NCBI GenBank assembly: GCA_965261975.1 | Contig: CBDHEC010000051.1 | Span: 96,001 to 160,000 of the forward strand | Direction of reading: 5' to 3' | DNA: 64,000 nucleotides | Origin: Alphaproteobacteria bacterium | GTDB taxonomy: Bacteria > Pseudomonadota > Alphaproteobacteria > UBA6615 | In this document: piece by piece, positions 61,160 to 64,000 of the stretch | Position numbering within the stretch: position 1 is the first letter of the stretch | Layout of the letters: every line of letters starts with the position of its first letter | Notes under the pieces: model-generated | What the model was told of the DNA's origin: nothing | What the model saw: only the letters and a program-made list of their open reading frames with translations | Database searches by the model: none | Made by a program: the position numbers and the translations under genes

Positions 61160-62425
61160 ATGCGCATGTCTCGAACCCGATACATTCTTGCCATGGTACC
61201 CGGGCTCGGCCTGGCGTTTATCCTGAGCCAGTTCCTGCGTTCGATCCCGGCGGTCATCGCACCCGATCTCCGTATGGAGCTGGAACTAACCGCCGGCCAA
61301 CTCAGCGCATTGCCATCGGCACTATTTTTCGGATCAGCCATCATGCAACTGCCCGCGGGTGTTCTGCTCGACCGGTTCGGGCCTCGCATCACGGTTGCGG
61401 CATTTCTTCTGATTACAGCCACAGGGGTTTTTGGCTTCTCCGTCGCCACGACGACCATCGGACTGACGGCATGGCTTCTCGTGACCGGATGGGGCATCGC
61501 GCCGGTTTTCATGGGCACCATCGTCCTTCTGTCACGCTGGGTACGCCGGGACCGGCTGGCGACCATGACGGCTCTGACCGTTGGTGTCGGGGGAACCGGC
61601 ATGCTCTTGTCCGCATCGCCTTTCGCCGCCGCGACCGAAGCCTTCGGCTGGCGCGATACGTTGACTGCGGTCAGCGTCTTCGCGGTCGCGCTGTTTGGCG
61701 TGATACTCCTGACCGTCCGTGACCGACCGCCGGACAGCCCGGCGCCACCTGGCCCCAGTGAAAGCCTGATCCAGGTCGTCAGCGGTCTGGCGGTGGTGTT
61801 CCGGGAGCCCAAGCTCTATGCGATCGGCTGCATCGGTGGCATTACCGTGGGGTCCTTCCTGACCTTCCGCACACTTTGGGTCGGCCCCTACCTCAACGAC
61901 GTCTTCGGGTCCGACCTGATCGCCCGCGGCAACATCATCTTTCTGATTTCTCTCGCCTGGCTCATCAGCGCGGTCGCGATAGGCCCCCTCGACCGGGTTT
62001 TCGACACGCGACGCATGGTCGTCGCCGTTGGCGCCACTTTCATGGCGATCTGGTTTGCGTTGCTGGCGTTGGCCGACGACAGCTCACTGCCGTTTACCGT
62101 GGGTGCGATGGTGGCGCTCGGGCTTTGTTCCGGTCTGTCGTCGCCAATTTTTGCCCATGCCCGCGCACTGTTTTCCGATCGCTATGTCGGTCGCCTGGTT
62201 ACCGCGATCAATCTGTTCATCTGGGGTGGTGTCTTTCTCGTCCAGGTCGCGACGGGGCTCTTCATCGACGCGTTTCCGGCTGATGCCTTGGGCCGCACGC
62301 CGGTCGAGGCCTATCGCTGGAACTTCGCCATTCTCGCGACACTCCTTCTGACGGCCGTGTTCTTCTACCTGCGCGTAGACGACGTGCCGCCGTCGCGGGA
62401 TTCGGACGACCGGGAAACGCGTTAG
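61160..62425 (+). CDS. MFS transporter
   Basis: SQFLRS..AVIAP, GVLLDRFGPR motif A, GPLDRVFDTRR, about 12 TMs. Confidence 0.88.
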   Translation: MRMSRTRYILAMVPGLGLAFILSQFLRSIPAVIAPDLRMELELTAGQLSALPSALFFGSAIMQLPAGVLLDRFGPRITVAAFLLITATGVFGFSVATTTIGLTAWLLVTGWGIAPVFMGTIVLLSRWVRRDRLATMTALTVGVGGTGMLLSASPFAAATEAFGWRDTLTAVSVFAVALFGVILLTVRDRPPDSPAPPGPSESLIQVVSGLAVVFREPKLYAIGCIGGITVGSFLTFRTLWVGPYLNDVFGSDLIARGNIIFLISLAWLISAVAIGPLDRVFDTRRMVVAVGATFMAIWFALLALADDSSLPFTVGAMVALGLCSGLSSPIFAHARALFSDRYVGRLVTAINLFIWGGVFLVQVATGLFIDAFPADALGRTPVEAYRWNFAILATLLLTAVFFYLRVDDVPPSRDSDDRETR

Positions 62426-62799
62426 TCCGCGCCTGGCGAGGGGTAAAAGCGGCCCCAAATTTTCAAAATGAAATGAGCCACGATCAATCCCAGAATGACG
62501 CCTGCCGTATTTGACAGGGCATCGGCCAGGCTACCGTTACGCCCCGCCCAGCTCGCCTGCGCAATTTCCAGGAAAATACCAATACCGATGGCCGCGAGCC
62601 TCGCGCGTACTCGCCCGGACCAACTGGCGAAGCCCAACCCGGCGCAACCGGCAATGACGCCGTAAGCCAGGAGATGAAGGGCCTTGTCCGTGCCTTCGGG
62701 TGTATCCATCTGTGGTTGAGGGATTAACGACAGCACGATCACCAGAAGGATGAATGCGAGATATCCCAGGATGAAGACCCGGTGGGGCAAGCGAATCAC
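62422..62799 (-). CDS. VanZ family membrane protein
   Basis: LSLIP, DKALHLLAYG, LEIAQ..WAGRNGSLADALSN; GTG start inferred at 62799. Confidence 0.8.
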   Translation of the reverse strand: MIRLPHRVFILGYLAFILLVIVLSLIPQPQMDTPEGTDKALHLLAYGVIAGCAGLGFASWSGRVRARLAAIGIGIFLEIAQASWAGRNGSLADALSNTAGVILGLIVAHFILKIWGRFYPSPGAD

Positions 62800-62803
62800 A
62801 GTT

Positions 62804-63217
62804 TCAAACGCCCTGGTTCTGCGTCTTTTCGATGTACAGATCATCGAGGCTGCGGAACTCGCACGAACCCTTGTTGATGATCCGGGACAGGCCCAACTCG
62901 ACCGTCTCGACATAACGCGAGCCATCTGCGTTCGCGTCAAAAATCCCCACACCGCCAAATGTAATCCTGACTTGGTCGTCGGCTCGCTCGACAGACGGGA
63001 GATCATAAACCGAGCAAATATGCTGATCGCAGCGACGGTAGGCATCCTCGATGAAATCGATCTGGATTTGCGGGTGTTGGGGGTCGTCGGGCAGGCAAAA
63101 CCATTGCCCCGACGCATCGGAAATAGCCGGGTCGGCAGCAGCTGTCGCCACCAGACGAGCCGTTATCAGAACTGAGATTGCGAACGTGGCGCGCATGGCC
63201 TCTCTTAGCATATTCAA
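62804..63217 (-). CDS. Hypothetical secreted protein
   Basis: Signal-like N-terminus, four Cys, fills the gap upstream of vanZ; stop codon 4 nt before the vanZ start. Confidence 0.5.
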   Translation of the reverse strand: MNMLREAMRATFAISVLITARLVATAAADPAISDASGQWFCLPDDPQHPQIQIDFIEDAYRRCDQHICSVYDLPSVERADDQVRITFGGVGIFDANADGSRYVETVELGLSRIINKGSCEFRSLDDLYIEKTQNQGV

Positions 63218-63312
63218 CGTGAGAATCCGGGGTCTTCACGAAAGGCTCGAAAGATTGACTCCACCCCACATCTGTCGGAAGTCTCCCTCGTGAACGACTG
63301 GCGAGCCTATCC

Positions 63313-63978
63313 ATGACGAATACCCCGCAGATCGCATTGTTTCATGTCCACAAGGACGCGATGAACGCCGCCGTGGCGGCCTTCGAACGCGATTGGCCCG
63401 AGGCCCGTGTGAGCAACCTGCTCGAAGACGGTCTGTTCGAATGGGTGCGCGAAACCGGTGGGGTCGTGCCCGAGATGTATGAGGCGTTTCAAACCCTCAC
63501 TGCGTATGCAGTCGGCCGTGGCGCAGACGGCATCCTGTACTCATGCTCGGCATTTCGTGAATGCATCGATGCCTGCATCGAGAATTACGAGCTGCCCATG
63601 CTCAAGCCGAACGACGCGATGATCGAGGCGGCACTGAACAGGGGAAGCCGTATCGCGGTTCTGGCAACGGTCGGGCCCACCATTACATCCATTTCCGCCG
63701 AGATCGAAGAGATGGCACAGGCAACTGGCCGTGACGTCATCCTGTCTTCGCATATGGTCGACGGTGCCTTCGACGCCATGGCAGCCGGTGACGGCACCAC
63801 GCATGACCGTCTGGTGGCCGAAGTTGCTGCGCAAATATCCGATGCCGATGTGATCGTGCTGGCCCAGTTCACACTGGCCCGGGCTGTGCCGGCAGTTGCC
63901 GCCGTCACCAATATCCCTGTCCTGGACTCGCCCGGTGCCGCCGTAATGAAAATGCGCGAACTGCTAGGGCAGGGCTAG
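63313..63978 (+). CDS. Asp/Glu racemase-superfamily protein (single-Cys, LAQ subtype)
   Basis: GADGILYSCSAF, KPNDAMIE, VLATVGPT, DVIVLAQF, IPVLDSP. Confidence 0.8.
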   Translation: MTNTPQIALFHVHKDAMNAAVAAFERDWPEARVSNLLEDGLFEWVRETGGVVPEMYEAFQTLTAYAVGRGADGILYSCSAFRECIDACIENYELPMLKPNDAMIEAALNRGSRIAVLATVGPTITSISAEIEEMAQATGRDVILSSHMVDGAFDAMAAGDGTTHDRLVAEVAAQISDADVIVLAQFTLARAVPAVAAVTNIPVLDSPGAAVMKMRELLGQG

Positions 63979-64000
63979 ACCCTCAATCCTTGGTCCTGTC

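Noticed and set aside
62800-63117. Long N-terminal extension on the VanZ ORF (62422..63117)
   Set aside because: It overlaps the 62804..63217 ORF in another frame, and VanZ homology starts only near 62799.
55085-64000. Genomic island at tRNA-Lys
   Set aside because: No integrase, and no convincing repeat of the tRNA 3' end (only a 7-nt AGTGCCC match near 57376).
1-64000. CRISPR array, IS elements, prophage, rRNA
   Set aside because: I saw no regularly spaced repeats, transposase, integrase or phage genes, and no rRNA signatures.

Overview
GC-rich alphaproteobacterial chromosome segment (Rhodospirillales-like, judged from gene order and PopZ/TatABC/GyrA features; not confirmed by a search). 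Most of it is conserved housekeeping synteny: tRNA-Cys/pcm-tolC-popZ-valS, ilvD, xth, erpA/dgt-argS-SPOR-nagZ-M50-scpAB-ABC ATPase-tatABC-serS-surE-pcm-nlpD, yajC-secDF-Mth938, phytoene-synthase-like gene, trmFO, uvrA/ssb, qmcA-nfeD, gyrA-coaD-ppi-tRNA-Lys and rhlE. Small accessory metabolic genes are interspersed. I see no CRISPR array, integrase, transposase or prophage. tolC and valS each carry a dense cluster of frameshifts that look like long-read insertion errors. The most interesting signals are: (1) a nearly intact copy of the uvrA 3' end, 781 bp downstream of uvrA, which separates two highly diverged lipoprotein paralogs and suggests a cassette array anchored at uvrA; (2) an unannotated 31-aa membrane peptide with a cytochrome-less PuuD-like gene, inserted between two complex-I assembly factor homologs; (3) candidate CtrA, Fur-like and LexA sites; (4) a small basic protein transcribed with rhlE. 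None is proven to be a new system from the sequence alone.
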